Under the pieces are notes generated by a model, which was not told where the DNA came from, ran no database searches, and saw nothing but the letters and a program-made list of their open reading frames with translations. This document shows positions 7,774 to 15,738 of a stretch of DNA of 37,989 bases, piece by piece. Each line of letters opens with the position of its first letter. The stretch's first letter is position 1. The position numbers and the translations under genes are program-made. Source of the stretch: a virus (Duplodnaviria > Caudoviricetes); IMG/VR virus record IMGVR_UViG_3300048849_000186, positions 1 through 37,989 of that record; one strand, 5' to 3'.

Positions 7774-8052
7774 ATGTCCCACCGCATTATCGCACGCTTT
7801 GGCGGCATACGACCGATGTCGAAGCTGCTCCATCATCGGAACCACACCACCGTGCAAGGCTGGTGGAGGCGCGGCCGCATTCCTGCCAAGCGTCAGGCAG
7901 AGGTTTTAAACGCGGCGGCAAAACTCGGCCTATCTTTGAATGCGGGGGATATGATTTGGTGGCCGGGGGATGGTGATGACCCCGATTTGGAACCGTTTGG
8001 TACCACGCCGGTAGATCAGTCCGTCCCCAATCGGATCGGCCGCGGCTCATGA
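7774..8052 (+). CDS. Cro/YdaS-like transcriptional regulator
   Basis: 'IIARFGGIRPMSKLL..NHTTVQGWWRRGRIPAKRQAEVL'. Divergent from CI. ATG 7774 is preferred because ATG 7756 lies inside the operator. Confidence 0.85.
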   Translation: MSHRIIARFGGIRPMSKLLHHRNHTTVQGWWRRGRIPAKRQAEVLNAAAKLGLSLNAGDMIWWPGDGDDPDLEPFGTTPVDQSVPNRIGRGS

Positions 8053-8228
8053 CTGACGCCCTCAGCCCGATGCCCAACCGCCTCCATACATTCACGGAAG
8101 ACAGCAATAGCGTCGTCCTTGGTTGCCACGGAGCCGGGGTCCTTGGCTGCGATGTGCTCGAACAACGCGAACGCAACGGCGGTGTCGCTGCCGGCGGCGG
8201 CGCGCAGGGGCATATCGGGGTCGAGCAT
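8016..8228 (-). CDS. Small hypothetical protein (antisense moron)
   Basis: 70 aa, helical 'DTAVAFALFEHIAAK..DAIAVFRECMEAV'. Starts 9 nt after the stop of 8238..8513. Confidence 0.6.
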   Translation of the reverse strand: MLDPDMPLRAAAGSDTAVAFALFEHIAAKDPGSVATKDDAIAVFRECMEAVGHRAEGVSHEPRPIRLGTD

Positions 8229-8237
8229 GAGGCTACC

Positions 8238-8513
8238 TTAGTTCCACCAAGGCATTTCGCCATCGGAAGCAACGGTAACGCCGCTGGTTCCGGCTGCGGT
8301 GACGACCAGCGTGAACGCTTTACCACCGTCTTCAGGCACGATCCGAAGCTGACGTCCGATACAATCGGGAGGTACGCCGTCTTCAAAATTGGCACTACCA
8401 TCCGCCTTACGCATACGATGGTTTTCGAAGCCGTGCAGGCGCCATTCCAAGCGTCCCAGGGAGGTCGCGCCAAGAAAGGCCTCGCCGCTCCCTTCGTAGT
8501 CACCTCGTGCCAT
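8238..8513 (-). CDS. Small hypothetical protein (antisense moron)
   Basis: 91 aa, GAGGGAG RBS upstream, protein-like composition. Confidence 0.65.
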   Translation of the reverse strand: MARGDYEGSGEAFLGATSLGRLEWRLHGFENHRMRKADGSANFEDGVPPDCIGRQLRIVPEDGGKAFTLVVTAAGTSGVTVASDGEMPWWN

Positions 8514-8618
8514 GCCGGTTCTCCCTCACGTGAGTCTCGCTGGCGCCACGATACCCCCACAGCCCGGCGCGTCCAACATCCGTGGCGTCGGCCCTTTATC
8601 GCCGAAAGGTTCGCAGCG

Positions 8619-8852
8619 TCAGTCATTGTGCGGCACCGTGGTACGCACAATCGCGATCATCTCACCCATGATCACTGCTGGCGGGCCGCTCAATGCGAAG
8701 TCGTTCAGCCGGTCAAACGTGTCGAGGAAGGTGTGAACCACATGGTTCGGCACCTCCGCGTCGCGCATCGCATCTACGATCGCCGCCGTCATGTTCGCGA
8801 GCGCCATCACGGTGATCCGCACCTCGGCTCGAGCTTTCCTGTCTTTCACCAT
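8619..8852 (-). CDS. Small helical hypothetical protein (antisense moron)
   Basis: 77 aa from ATG 8852, 'MVKDRKARAEVRITVMALANMTAAIVDAMRDAE', amphipathic pattern. Confidence 0.55.
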   Translation of the reverse strand: MVKDRKARAEVRITVMALANMTAAIVDAMRDAEVPNHVVHTFLDTFDRLNDFALSGPPAVIMGEMIAIVRTTVPHND

Positions 8853-8869
8853 GCCGCGGGGATTGCCGC

Positions 8870-9340
8870 ATGACCGCACCGAACATCCACGGACGCCGTC
8901 GCACGTTCTCCGCGTCAGCCGCGGTCGACGCACAGAACGCGATCCTCACCAGCATCAAGACTGATGATGCCGCGACCTGGGCGGACATGGGACGGGTGCT
9001 CGGCAAGTCTGACGATCGTGCGGCGGCTTACGCCAACACGTCGTCGCCGATCGATCTGCCGACGTTCCTGGCTGGCTGCCGCGAGTGGGGCGGCCGGTTC
9101 GCGGATCCGCTTCTCGCGCTGGTTGGTGGCCGCTGGGCGGATGCCGGTGCGATCTGCACCGGTGACGAAAGTGCGGCACTGACGCTCGCCAACCTGCTAC
9201 CGGCGGTCATTGCGATCGAAGCCGACCAGCTGACTGAAACGCATGAGCTGCTGCCGCACGAGGCCCTGATCCGCCGAGTCAACGCGCTGACCTGTGTGTG
9301 GCTGGAGATGATCGCGGCAGAGAAGGGCAGGGGCGAATGA
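8870..9340 (+). CDS. CII-like HTH regulator
   Basis: Lies between cro and the replication genes. HTH-like 'TWADMGRVLGKSDDRAAAY'. ATGA-coupled to the primase. Confidence 0.6.
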   Translation: MTAPNIHGRRRTFSASAAVDAQNAILTSIKTDDAATWADMGRVLGKSDDRAAAYANTSSPIDLPTFLAGCREWGGRFADPLLALVGGRWADAGAICTGDESAALTLANLLPAVIAIEADQLTETHELLPHEALIRRVNALTCVWLEMIAAEKGRGE

Positions 9341-10344
9341 GCCGTCGTCCTGTCGATCGTGTCGCACGTGCCGAGCGTGACGCTGCGTTTCGTCGCGCAG
9401 TCGACGAGGCGAAGCAGCGATACAAGATCAGCGACGTGGTGGCGCGCACCCGCAAGGTGACCCGCGCTGGCAAGAACGAGAAGCGGGCGCTGTGTGCCTT
9501 TCATAGCGAGAAGACGCCGTCGATGCAGCTCAACGATGCCAAGGGCACGTATCACTGCTTCGGCTGCAACGCGTCCGGCGACATCGTCAGCTACGTCATG
9601 AAGACCGAGAACATCGGCTTTATGGATGCGATGCGGTGGCTCGGTGCCGCCAGCCTGCCGGGTGTCGATCCTGCCCAGCGCGCCAAGGCGGCACAGGAAG
9701 ACGAGGCGGATCGTCAACGCGCGATCGATCGCGCTCGCGACGTCTGGGATCGCGCTGTGCCGGCGCCGGGTACACCGGCGGAGGTCTATCTGCGTGGCCG
9801 CGGCATCATCATGCCAGTCCCGCATACGATCCGCTTCGCTATGACGCCGGCTTGGTACGACGACGATACCGGTCAGTGCGGTCTCGACTTGCCGGCGCTC
9901 ATCGGTGCGGTCGTCGATGGCGATGACCAACTGATCGGTCTGCAGCGCGTGTTCCTCGCTGACGGCGGCAAGCGCAAGGCGCGTATGGAGAAGCCGAAGC
10001 GCAGCCTCGGCCGCGTGAAGGGCGGGGCGCTACGGATCAATTCCGACGCCGACAGCTATGGTCATGAGTTGATCCTCACCGAGGGGCCGGAGGACGGCTT
10101 GAGTCTCGCGCAGGAGCTGGGCGCAGAGGTGTGGGTCACGCTCGGCACCGCTATGATGCCGTTCATCGACTATCCGCCACGCATTGTATCGATTGTCATC
10201 GCTGGGCAGAACGATGCCGCCGGACGCACTGCGGTTGAGCAGGCCGAGGAAGACCTGTTCGAGCGTGGCTTTGCGACGCGCACCATGTGGCCGGCAGACG
10301 GCTACAAGGACTGGAACGACCAGCTCCGCGGCATCCGCGCATGA
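9337..10344 (+). CDS. Phage primase (CHC2 zinc finger plus TOPRIM)
   Basis: 'CAFHSEKTPS..YHCFGC' zinc finger. TOPRIM 'LTEGPEDGLS..AGQNDAAG..KDWND'. Confidence 0.9.
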   Translation: MSRRPVDRVARAERDAAFRRAVDEAKQRYKISDVVARTRKVTRAGKNEKRALCAFHSEKTPSMQLNDAKGTYHCFGCNASGDIVSYVMKTENIGFMDAMRWLGAASLPGVDPAQRAKAAQEDEADRQRAIDRARDVWDRAVPAPGTPAEVYLRGRGIIMPVPHTIRFAMTPAWYDDDTGQCGLDLPALIGAVVDGDDQLIGLQRVFLADGGKRKARMEKPKRSLGRVKGGALRINSDADSYGHELILTEGPEDGLSLAQELGAEVWVTLGTAMMPFIDYPPRIVSIVIAGQNDAAGRTAVEQAEEDLFERGFATRTMWPADGYKDWNDQLRGIRA

Positions 10345-11768
10345 GCGGCTCGTTCCAGGAGCAGTTCGCCGCTGCCGAGCAGGGCATCGCGCTGGCCAAC
10401 GTCGAGGCCGAGATCGGCCTGCTCGGCGACCTCATCAACGACAATCGCCTGATCGACCTGATCGCAGACCGTCTGCGCGGCCGCGACTTTTCGGTGCCAC
10501 TGTATGGGCGCGTCTTTGACCAGATGCTCGACCAATCGGCGGCGGGATCGAACGTCGATGCGGTGACGCTGGCGCCGCACTTCGGCGAAGATCCGGAGTG
10601 GCAACGGGCTTTCGCTGTGCTGTCGGCCGCATCGCTCAATGCTGGTTCGCGGGCGCGCACCAAGGCGTATTTCGAGCAGATCACGATGCTGTCGAGCCGG
10701 CGGCGTATGGTGGCCGGGCTGCAGGACGTCGTTCACTCGGCGCGTGATCTGAGCGTCACCCGAGAAGAGCTGCTTGCGAATGCGGACGAGGCGGTCGCCG
10801 AGCTGGCCGAGCAGGTCGTCACCACCCAGGCGCCAGTCGGCACCTACGCGCAGGCGGTGATCGACAGTTTCGGGCAGCCGATCGTCGGCGTTCGTTGCGG
10901 TATGATCGGCTCGCTCGACGATGCGATTGGCGTGCTGCGACCGGCCAACCTCGTGGTCGTTGGCGGTCGGCCCGGCATGGGCAAGACGAGCCTCGTCACC
11001 TCCTATTCGATTGGCGCTGCGTCGCGTGGTCATGGCGTCCTCATCTTCTCGCTGGAGATGAGCGCCGACGAACTCACCCGCCGCATGCTCGCGGACATGA
11101 CCTTCACCACATGGGGAGGGGTGCCTTACGAAGACGTTCGCGATGGCACGGTGCGCGGGCATGACCTTGCTGCGGTGATCGACGCTAAGCAGCGCTTCGA
11201 CGCGCTGCCGCTTGAGATCAACGAGACGTCCGGTCTGACGCTGTCCAAGCTGATCCGCCAGGCGCGCACCCATAAGCGCCGTCTCGCCGCCAAGGGCGAG
11301 AAGCTCGAGCTTGTCGTCGTCGATTACCTCCAGCTGATGGCACACAGCCGCAAGGGTATGTCGCCGTACGAGCATGCCAGCGAGGTGAGCATCGGCCTCA
11401 AGACCTTCGCCAAGGCGGAAGGCCTGACCGTGATGGCGGTAGCGCAGCTCAGCCGTGAGGTGGAGAAGCGCCCTGACAAGCGGCCGATGCCGTCGGACCT
11501 GCGCGACAGCGGCCAGATCGAGCAGGACGCCGACGTCATCCTCTTCGTCTACCGCGAGGAGGAATACCTTCGCCGTAGCGAGCCCGAGGATCAGTTCGGC
11601 GGCAAATACGAGGCGTGGCGCACCGACATGGAAGCGGTGCGCAACAAGATCGAGTTCCTGGTCCCGAAGCGTCGCAGCGGCCCCACGGGCAAGGCTGTCG
11701 GCTGGTTCTTCGGCGCCAACTCTGCCGTCCGCGGCAGCGAATTCTACAGCAATCCGGAGGCACGATAA
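10341..11768 (+). CDS. dnaB: Replicative DNA helicase, DnaB family
   Basis: Walker A 'GGRPGMGKT', plus 'FSLEMS', 'VVVDYLQL' and 'QLSREVEKRPDKRPMPSDLRDSGQIEQDAD'. Confidence 0.97.
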   Translation: MSGSFQEQFAAAEQGIALANVEAEIGLLGDLINDNRLIDLIADRLRGRDFSVPLYGRVFDQMLDQSAAGSNVDAVTLAPHFGEDPEWQRAFAVLSAASLNAGSRARTKAYFEQITMLSSRRRMVAGLQDVVHSARDLSVTREELLANADEAVAELAEQVVTTQAPVGTYAQAVIDSFGQPIVGVRCGMIGSLDDAIGVLRPANLVVVGGRPGMGKTSLVTSYSIGAASRGHGVLIFSLEMSADELTRRMLADMTFTTWGGVPYEDVRDGTVRGHDLAAVIDAKQRFDALPLEINETSGLTLSKLIRQARTHKRRLAAKGEKLELVVVDYLQLMAHSRKGMSPYEHASEVSIGLKTFAKAEGLTVMAVAQLSREVEKRPDKRPMPSDLRDSGQIEQDADVILFVYREEEYLRRSEPEDQFGGKYEAWRTDMEAVRNKIEFLVPKRRSGPTGKAVGWFFGANSAVRGSEFYSNPEAR

Positions 11769-12628
11769 TGGCTCGCATACGATCGATTCATCCCGGCCTC
11801 TGGACCGACGAGGCCTTCGTGAGTCTCACGCCCTACGCTCGTCTCGTGTTCATGGGCATCTGGACCGAATGCGACGACATGGGCTCGTTCGAGTGGTCGC
11901 CGTTAAAGCTGAAGATGCGGCTGCTGCCGGCGGACAACGTCGATGCCGCTGAGCTGCTGGCCGAACTGCAAGCAGCCGATTGCATCATGAGCTACGAGAT
12001 TGGCGGCAAGCGCTACGGCGCTGTGCGAAATTTCTGCCAGTATCAGCGGCCGAAAAAGCCAAACTCAACCTATCCGCAGACGGAAGCGGTTCGGGACTAT
12101 GTCGGTACTGAGGCTCGTTCAACGCGCGACGGTACGGAAGTGACACCCGCTTCAACACCACTCGGTTCCCCACCGACCCCCACTTCAGATGACGCGAGTG
12201 GGGAACCGGTGGGGAACCAGTTACCCACCGGTGGGGAAAAGTGCCGCCAGATGGAGGATGGAGGAGGGAGAAGTAGTTCCGTAGCTAACGCTACGGGCGC
12301 TTCGCCGCCGATTTTGGATGATCCGAGCAAGGTCCTGTTCGACGCTGGCGTCGCCCTGCTGGTCAAGGCGGGGGTGTCGGAGCGGCAGGCGAGGGGGCTG
12401 ATAGCGAAATGGCGGAAGTCGAAAGGCGAGCCATGGGTCCGGGAGGCGCTGGTCAGCGCTGAGGGCAAGGCTGAGCCTGTGTCGTGGATCGAAGCCCGGA
12501 TGACGTCGGCGAGCAACGTCGAGGACGAGGCTCGGGCTGTCAGCCACGCTACGGCCGAGCGCTACCGGCGGATGGCGATCCCTGGGCCGCCGGTCAGTGC
12601 CAGGCAGGCGGAGGCGATCGGTGGTTGA
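11768..12628 (+). CDS. Phage replication initiator (lambda O-like architecture)
   Basis: N-terminus 'MARIRSIHPGLWTDEAF..ARLVFMGIWTECDDMG'. Central low-complexity linker carrying DNA repeats. TAATG overlap with dnaB. Confidence 0.8.
   Translation: MARIRSIHPGLWTDEAFVSLTPYARLVFMGIWTECDDMGSFEWSPLKLKMRLLPADNVDAAELLAELQAADCIMSYEIGGKRYGAVRNFCQYQRPKKPNSTYPQTEAVRDYVGTEARSTRDGTEVTPASTPLGSPPTPTSDDASGEPVGNQLPTGGEKCRQMEDGGGRSSSVANATGASPPILDDPSKVLFDAGVALLVKAGVSERQARGLIAKWRKSKGEPWVREALVSAEGKAEPVSWIEARMTSASNVEDEARAVSHATAERYRRMAIPGPPVSARQAEAIGG
12164..12240. repeat. Iteron cluster, probable replication origin
   Basis: GTGGGGAACC at 12198 and 12209, inverted copy at 12164, variants at 12219 (inverted) and 12231. 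Confidence 0.75.
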
Positions 12629-12686
12629 GGGGCCACGCTCGTCATCCAACGTCGCGGGAAGGTCGGTGGCGCAGCGGTTGCTGTGG

Positions 12687-12827
12687 TCAGTCCCGCGGCT
12701 TGCTTCGACGTTCACCGACGCGGTTGAGCGCACGCAGGTCGCTCATGCCACGCTGGTTCAGCAACACTCCGGCGATAACCGCGAGGTTGGCAGCGATGAA
12801 GGTGCTCAGCACGACGTAGCAGGTCAT
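12687..12827 (-). CDS. Small single-TM membrane protein (antisense moron)
   Basis: AAGGAG RBS. 46 aa 'MTCYVVLSTFIAANLAVIAGVLLNQRG' with a basic tail. Confidence 0.6.
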   Translation of the reverse strand: MTCYVVLSTFIAANLAVIAGVLLNQRGMSDLRALNRVGERRSKPRD

Positions 12828-12901
12828 CGGTCGTCTCCTTGGGATGTCGTGATTGGTGGGTGTCCTCGCCATCGACGGGCGCGTGGCACCGGCGGACGCT
12901 C

Positions 12902-13279
12902 CTACGCGGCGAACGCTTCGGTGCCGGGAGGCCAGCCGCTGAGCATCCGATGCTGCCGCTCATCGTTCGCTTCGAAGAAGTGCTTGATGACCGCACCTCG
13001 CTCGTCGGCTGTCAGGGGCACCACGAACGAGCAGCCAAATCGCACGCCATCCTGGCGGACGATGTCGGCCTCGTGCTCACCAATGCCGGGCAGATTGACG
13101 CGGATCACGTCACCGACGTTCAGCCGTACTGCCGCAAGCATCAGGAAACCGTTGGTTGAGAGTTCCTCGACCAGCACCGAGGCGGATTGGGCTGCATCGT
13201 TGCTGACCGTTCCATCCAGAGCGAGCTCACTGCGACGAGCGGCACGGCGTTCGGTTTGTAGGCCTACGACTAGTTTCAT
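12902..13279 (-). CDS. PilZ-domain protein (moron)
   Basis: RxxxR 'ERRAARR', 'ELSTNG' matching (D/N)xSxxG, and 'GDVIRVNLPGIG..ADIVRQDGVRFGCSFVVPL'. GGAG RBS before ATG 13279. Confidence 0.85.
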   Translation of the reverse strand: MKLVVGLQTERRAARRSELALDGTVSNDAAQSASVLVEELSTNGFLMLAAVRLNVGDVIRVNLPGIGEHEADIVRQDGVRFGCSFVVPLTADERGAVIKHFFEANDERQHRMLSGWPPGTEAFAA

Positions 13280-13475
13280 CGGTCTTCTCCGGCGGCGCAG
13301 GCAGCCTGTAGCGCGGCGTTTCTTTCGCTTCGGTAAAGCCGATCCCCGGTTGTGCGTATTCAACGTGCCAGCGGCGCTCAGCTCGCCCCGGATCGCGAGG
13401 TTTTCAAAGCTCGCGCTTCCCTGCCGCTGGCGTGATGCTCCGTCTTCTGAGCTGCGGCGGCAGAACGCCGTCGCC

Positions 13476-13853
13476 TTATTTTCGTACTCCGCTGATCAGC
13501 CATTCCTCGGCCTCAGCGACCGTTTCGAAGTATTCGGCATTACGACCCTGAGCTGCGCGCTGGATCTGCCCTCTGGCCAACGAGCGTGGAACGACGAATG
13601 CGATCCGCTTGGAAGCCGTCTTGGGGTTGGACAAAATCCGCTGAAATTCGGTTACCGCTTCCTGCTTTTGGATGTTCATCTGGGTGATGTCGACAAGCGT
13701 CAAATGTTGGTTCGGCCCGCACCTGAGTTCCGTGTGGGCGGCATCTCTCGCAACGGCAAATGCCTCGATGTCAGCGATTTCGAAGAAGCCAGACATGGTG
13801 ATGAGCAACAGCCCGTCATCCGGGTAGTGATTGATATCGAACTTCGCGGTCAT
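13476..13853 (-). CDS. STAS/SpoIIAA-like small protein (moron)
   Basis: 'LLITMSGFF..LTLVDITQMNIQ..KRIAFVV..YFETVAEAEEWL'. The start could be 13874. Confidence 0.7.
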   Translation of the reverse strand: MTAKFDINHYPDDGLLLITMSGFFEIADIEAFAVARDAAHTELRCGPNQHLTLVDITQMNIQKQEAVTEFQRILSNPKTASKRIAFVVPRSLARGQIQRAAQGRNAEYFETVAEAEEWLISGVRK

Positions 13854-13963
13854 TGCGCTTGGCAGCCCCTTCATATGCTCGCCGAGCCTTAGGCATTGCC
13901 GATCATTCGGCGCAACGCGTGAAATCGTTTTTTATCAGCAACATCGGCGGGCGAGCGGGGAAG

Positions 13964-14533
13964 ATGGCAGGGATCGAGCACCAGGATCATGAAGGCGACG
14001 GTATGCGCTGGTGCATCCTTCGCACTAGCGGCGGGCGGACCTTACCCTTGGCTAAGTCCCTCGCTGCAGCGGGCCTCGACGTCTGGACGCCGGTGCAAAC
14101 ACTTTCCAAGCGTCGCGGCCGGGCCCGGGAACGGATCGCCTATGACGCGCCGATTATGCCGACTTTCGTGTTCGCCCGGGCTCATCAGCTCGCCAATCTC
14201 GCTCGGATTGCGACTCAGCCCTTCAGTTCTCACCCAGACTTCTCGATCTTCCGTCATCTTGGGCGTGTTCCGCTGATCTCGGATAGCGAAGTGGCTGAAG
14301 CTCGGAGAGTGGAGGAGCGGGGGCGCCGTGCGGCGCTAGTAGGCACACGCAAGTCGTTCGTGGTGGGGCAACCGGTGCGAGTATCGGAGGGACCTGGCGC
14401 GGGACTCTCCGGCGAAGTTGTAGCAAACGGTGACGGTAAGTTCGTGCTTGTCGCATTTGGGGCGGTCAGGCTGAAAATCGGGGCTTGGCTACTCGGAACG
14501 GTTGAAGTACAGACGACGGAACTTGCCGCCTAA
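13964..14533 (+). CDS. NusG-family (NGN+KOW) late antiterminator
   Basis: 'WCILRTSG..GLDVWTP..PIMPTFVFA' NGN domain and 'FVVGQPVRVSEGPGAGLSGEVV' KOW motif. Occupies the Q position. Start uncertain (13964 or 14003). Confidence 0.88.
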   Translation: MAGIEHQDHEGDGMRWCILRTSGGRTLPLAKSLAAAGLDVWTPVQTLSKRRGRARERIAYDAPIMPTFVFARAHQLANLARIATQPFSSHPDFSIFRHLGRVPLISDSEVAEARRVEERGRRAALVGTRKSFVVGQPVRVSEGPGAGLSGEVVANGDGKFVLVAFGAVRLKIGAWLLGTVEVQTTELAA

Positions 14534-14626
14534 GCGGCCTGTGACGATTGCAGTGGCTGGCCACCGTCGTCCCTTCTCACCGAAGCAGGCGCTTCTGGTG
14601 TTGTCCTACGGCATGGCTCAGCCACT

Positions 14627-15151
14627 TTAGATATAGTCGATCTCTTCCTCTTCTTCGGGCTCGGCCTGATGCTGAGGCTCGTGAAAAAGCGGCTCCTCGA
14701 CGGCCAGCTCCTCAACAGGCAAGTCTTTCGATCGCAAACCAAGCAGCTTCCGGATCGCCACGCGTTCGCTGACCAAGTGCTCGTGTAGCTCAATCGCCAT
14801 CGCTAGCGCCTCGTATCGGTATGACGACCAATCGTCGATGCGCTGGCCGCTGTCAGGTGACCGGATGAAGGCGCGATACCGTTCGCCCATTTCGATGCAG
14901 GCAGCCTTGAGACGCATGCCTTCGACTGCTTGGTCGCCACCCATCGCAATGGCAGGCGCAAACACGTCGCGGTGTTTGAAAAGGGCGTAGTCGACGAGGA
15001 GGCGGGTTAGCTCCATGCGCTTGGCTGTGAGTTCGCTCGTCAGCGACGCAGTTGAGGTTTCCCGGTGCATCTGCCGAATGCCCCACGAGACGATCGGCAA
15101 CACCGCCGACTGATGTGCATCGAGCTTCGCGGCCAAATCGCGCTTGTTCAT
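14627..15151 (-). CDS. Hemerythrin-like four-helix protein (moron)
   Basis: Helical pattern 'LDAHQ..YALFKHRDVFAP..ELHEHLVSER' with an acidic tail. The start may be GTG 15163. Confidence 0.55.
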   Translation of the reverse strand: MNKRDLAAKLDAHQSAVLPIVSWGIRQMHRETSTASLTSELTAKRMELTRLLVDYALFKHRDVFAPAIAMGGDQAVEGMRLKAACIEMGERYRAFIRSPDSGQRIDDWSSYRYEALAMAIELHEHLVSERVAIRKLLGLRSKDLPVEELAVEEPLFHEPQHQAEPEEEEEIDYI

Positions 15152-15367
15152 GATCGATGACACGATGATCCCCTTGGCGGCTCAACCTGCCGTACGAAGA
15201 TCGGCTCCCTCGTACGAGACCCTTTGATGGTTAACGACGAAAGCCATCGACAAGATCGTCATACAGGTCCGGTTGGATTCCTCCGGCTACTCTGAGCAGT
15301 GGGAGCAAAGGCGCATGCGTCGAGCGTTCGGCCTGCGGTATGGCGTAAGCGACCGCCGTCCTGCTCG

Positions 15368-15541
15368 CTAGCTTAACCTTTCAGCACTCATCCAGGATCG
15401 CGGACCGTGGTCGAATAGATCCGCAGCCTTGATCAGTTCGGCTGCGCGGTCTTTTAGAAGCGCTGCGTCACTGGCGTGATCGCTATGCGTGGCACGATGA
15501 AGGCAGACGAGGGCCTCGTTCCATAGATCGTCGACGGTCAT
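15368..15541 (-). CDS. Small hypothetical protein
   Basis: 'MTVDDLWNEALVCLHRATHSDHASDAALLKDRAAELIKAAD' helical hairpin. Start uncertain. Confidence 0.5.
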   Translation of the reverse strand: MTVDDLWNEALVCLHRATHSDHASDAALLKDRAAELIKAADLFDHGPRSWMSAERLS

Positions 15542-15738
15542 GGACCGAAGATCGCAGCCGAACCTTACAAGACCCGAAAAGTTCGCCATTAACGCATCGG
15601 TATGCATGCATACCTGCCACTCTGATTAGCGTATCTCCGAGTATCGCAGGATCCAGTCCAACTCGGTCACTCAAGACGAACTCGGACTGGGGCGGTGTGA
15701 CTTGAGCCGATCCGGACCGATAAAAGACCGAACCCGAC

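Larger units (their letters stand above)
8049..8873 (+). other. Putative translational bridge ORF (274 codons) between cro and the cII-like gene
   Basis: ATGA overlap with the cro stop (8049-8052) and with the cII start (8870-8873). It spans three antisense genes, all in its codon register. Confidence 0.55.
12621..13892 (+). other. Putative translational bridge ORF (423 codons) between the initiator and the NusG-like gene
   Basis: GGAGG (12610-12614) and in-frame GTG 12621 overlap the initiator stop. Open across three antisense genes and both spacers. Ends about 70 nt before the likely NusG start. Confidence 0.4.

Noticed and set aside
10302-11375. 357-codon minus-strand ORF, and similar ones at 9028..9930, 16292..17260 and 34714..35691
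   Set aside because: Antisense shadows of clearly identifiable plus-strand genes.
12164-12240. CRISPR-like or VNTR repeat
   Set aside because: 10-bp units in both orientations, without spacers, inside the initiator gene fit iterons. No cas genes are present.
15191-15216. CGTACGA...TCGTACG inverted repeat resembling the CI operator
   Set aside because: The spacing (12 nt) and sixth base differ from GTACGC-N5-GCGTAC, so it cannot be called an operator.
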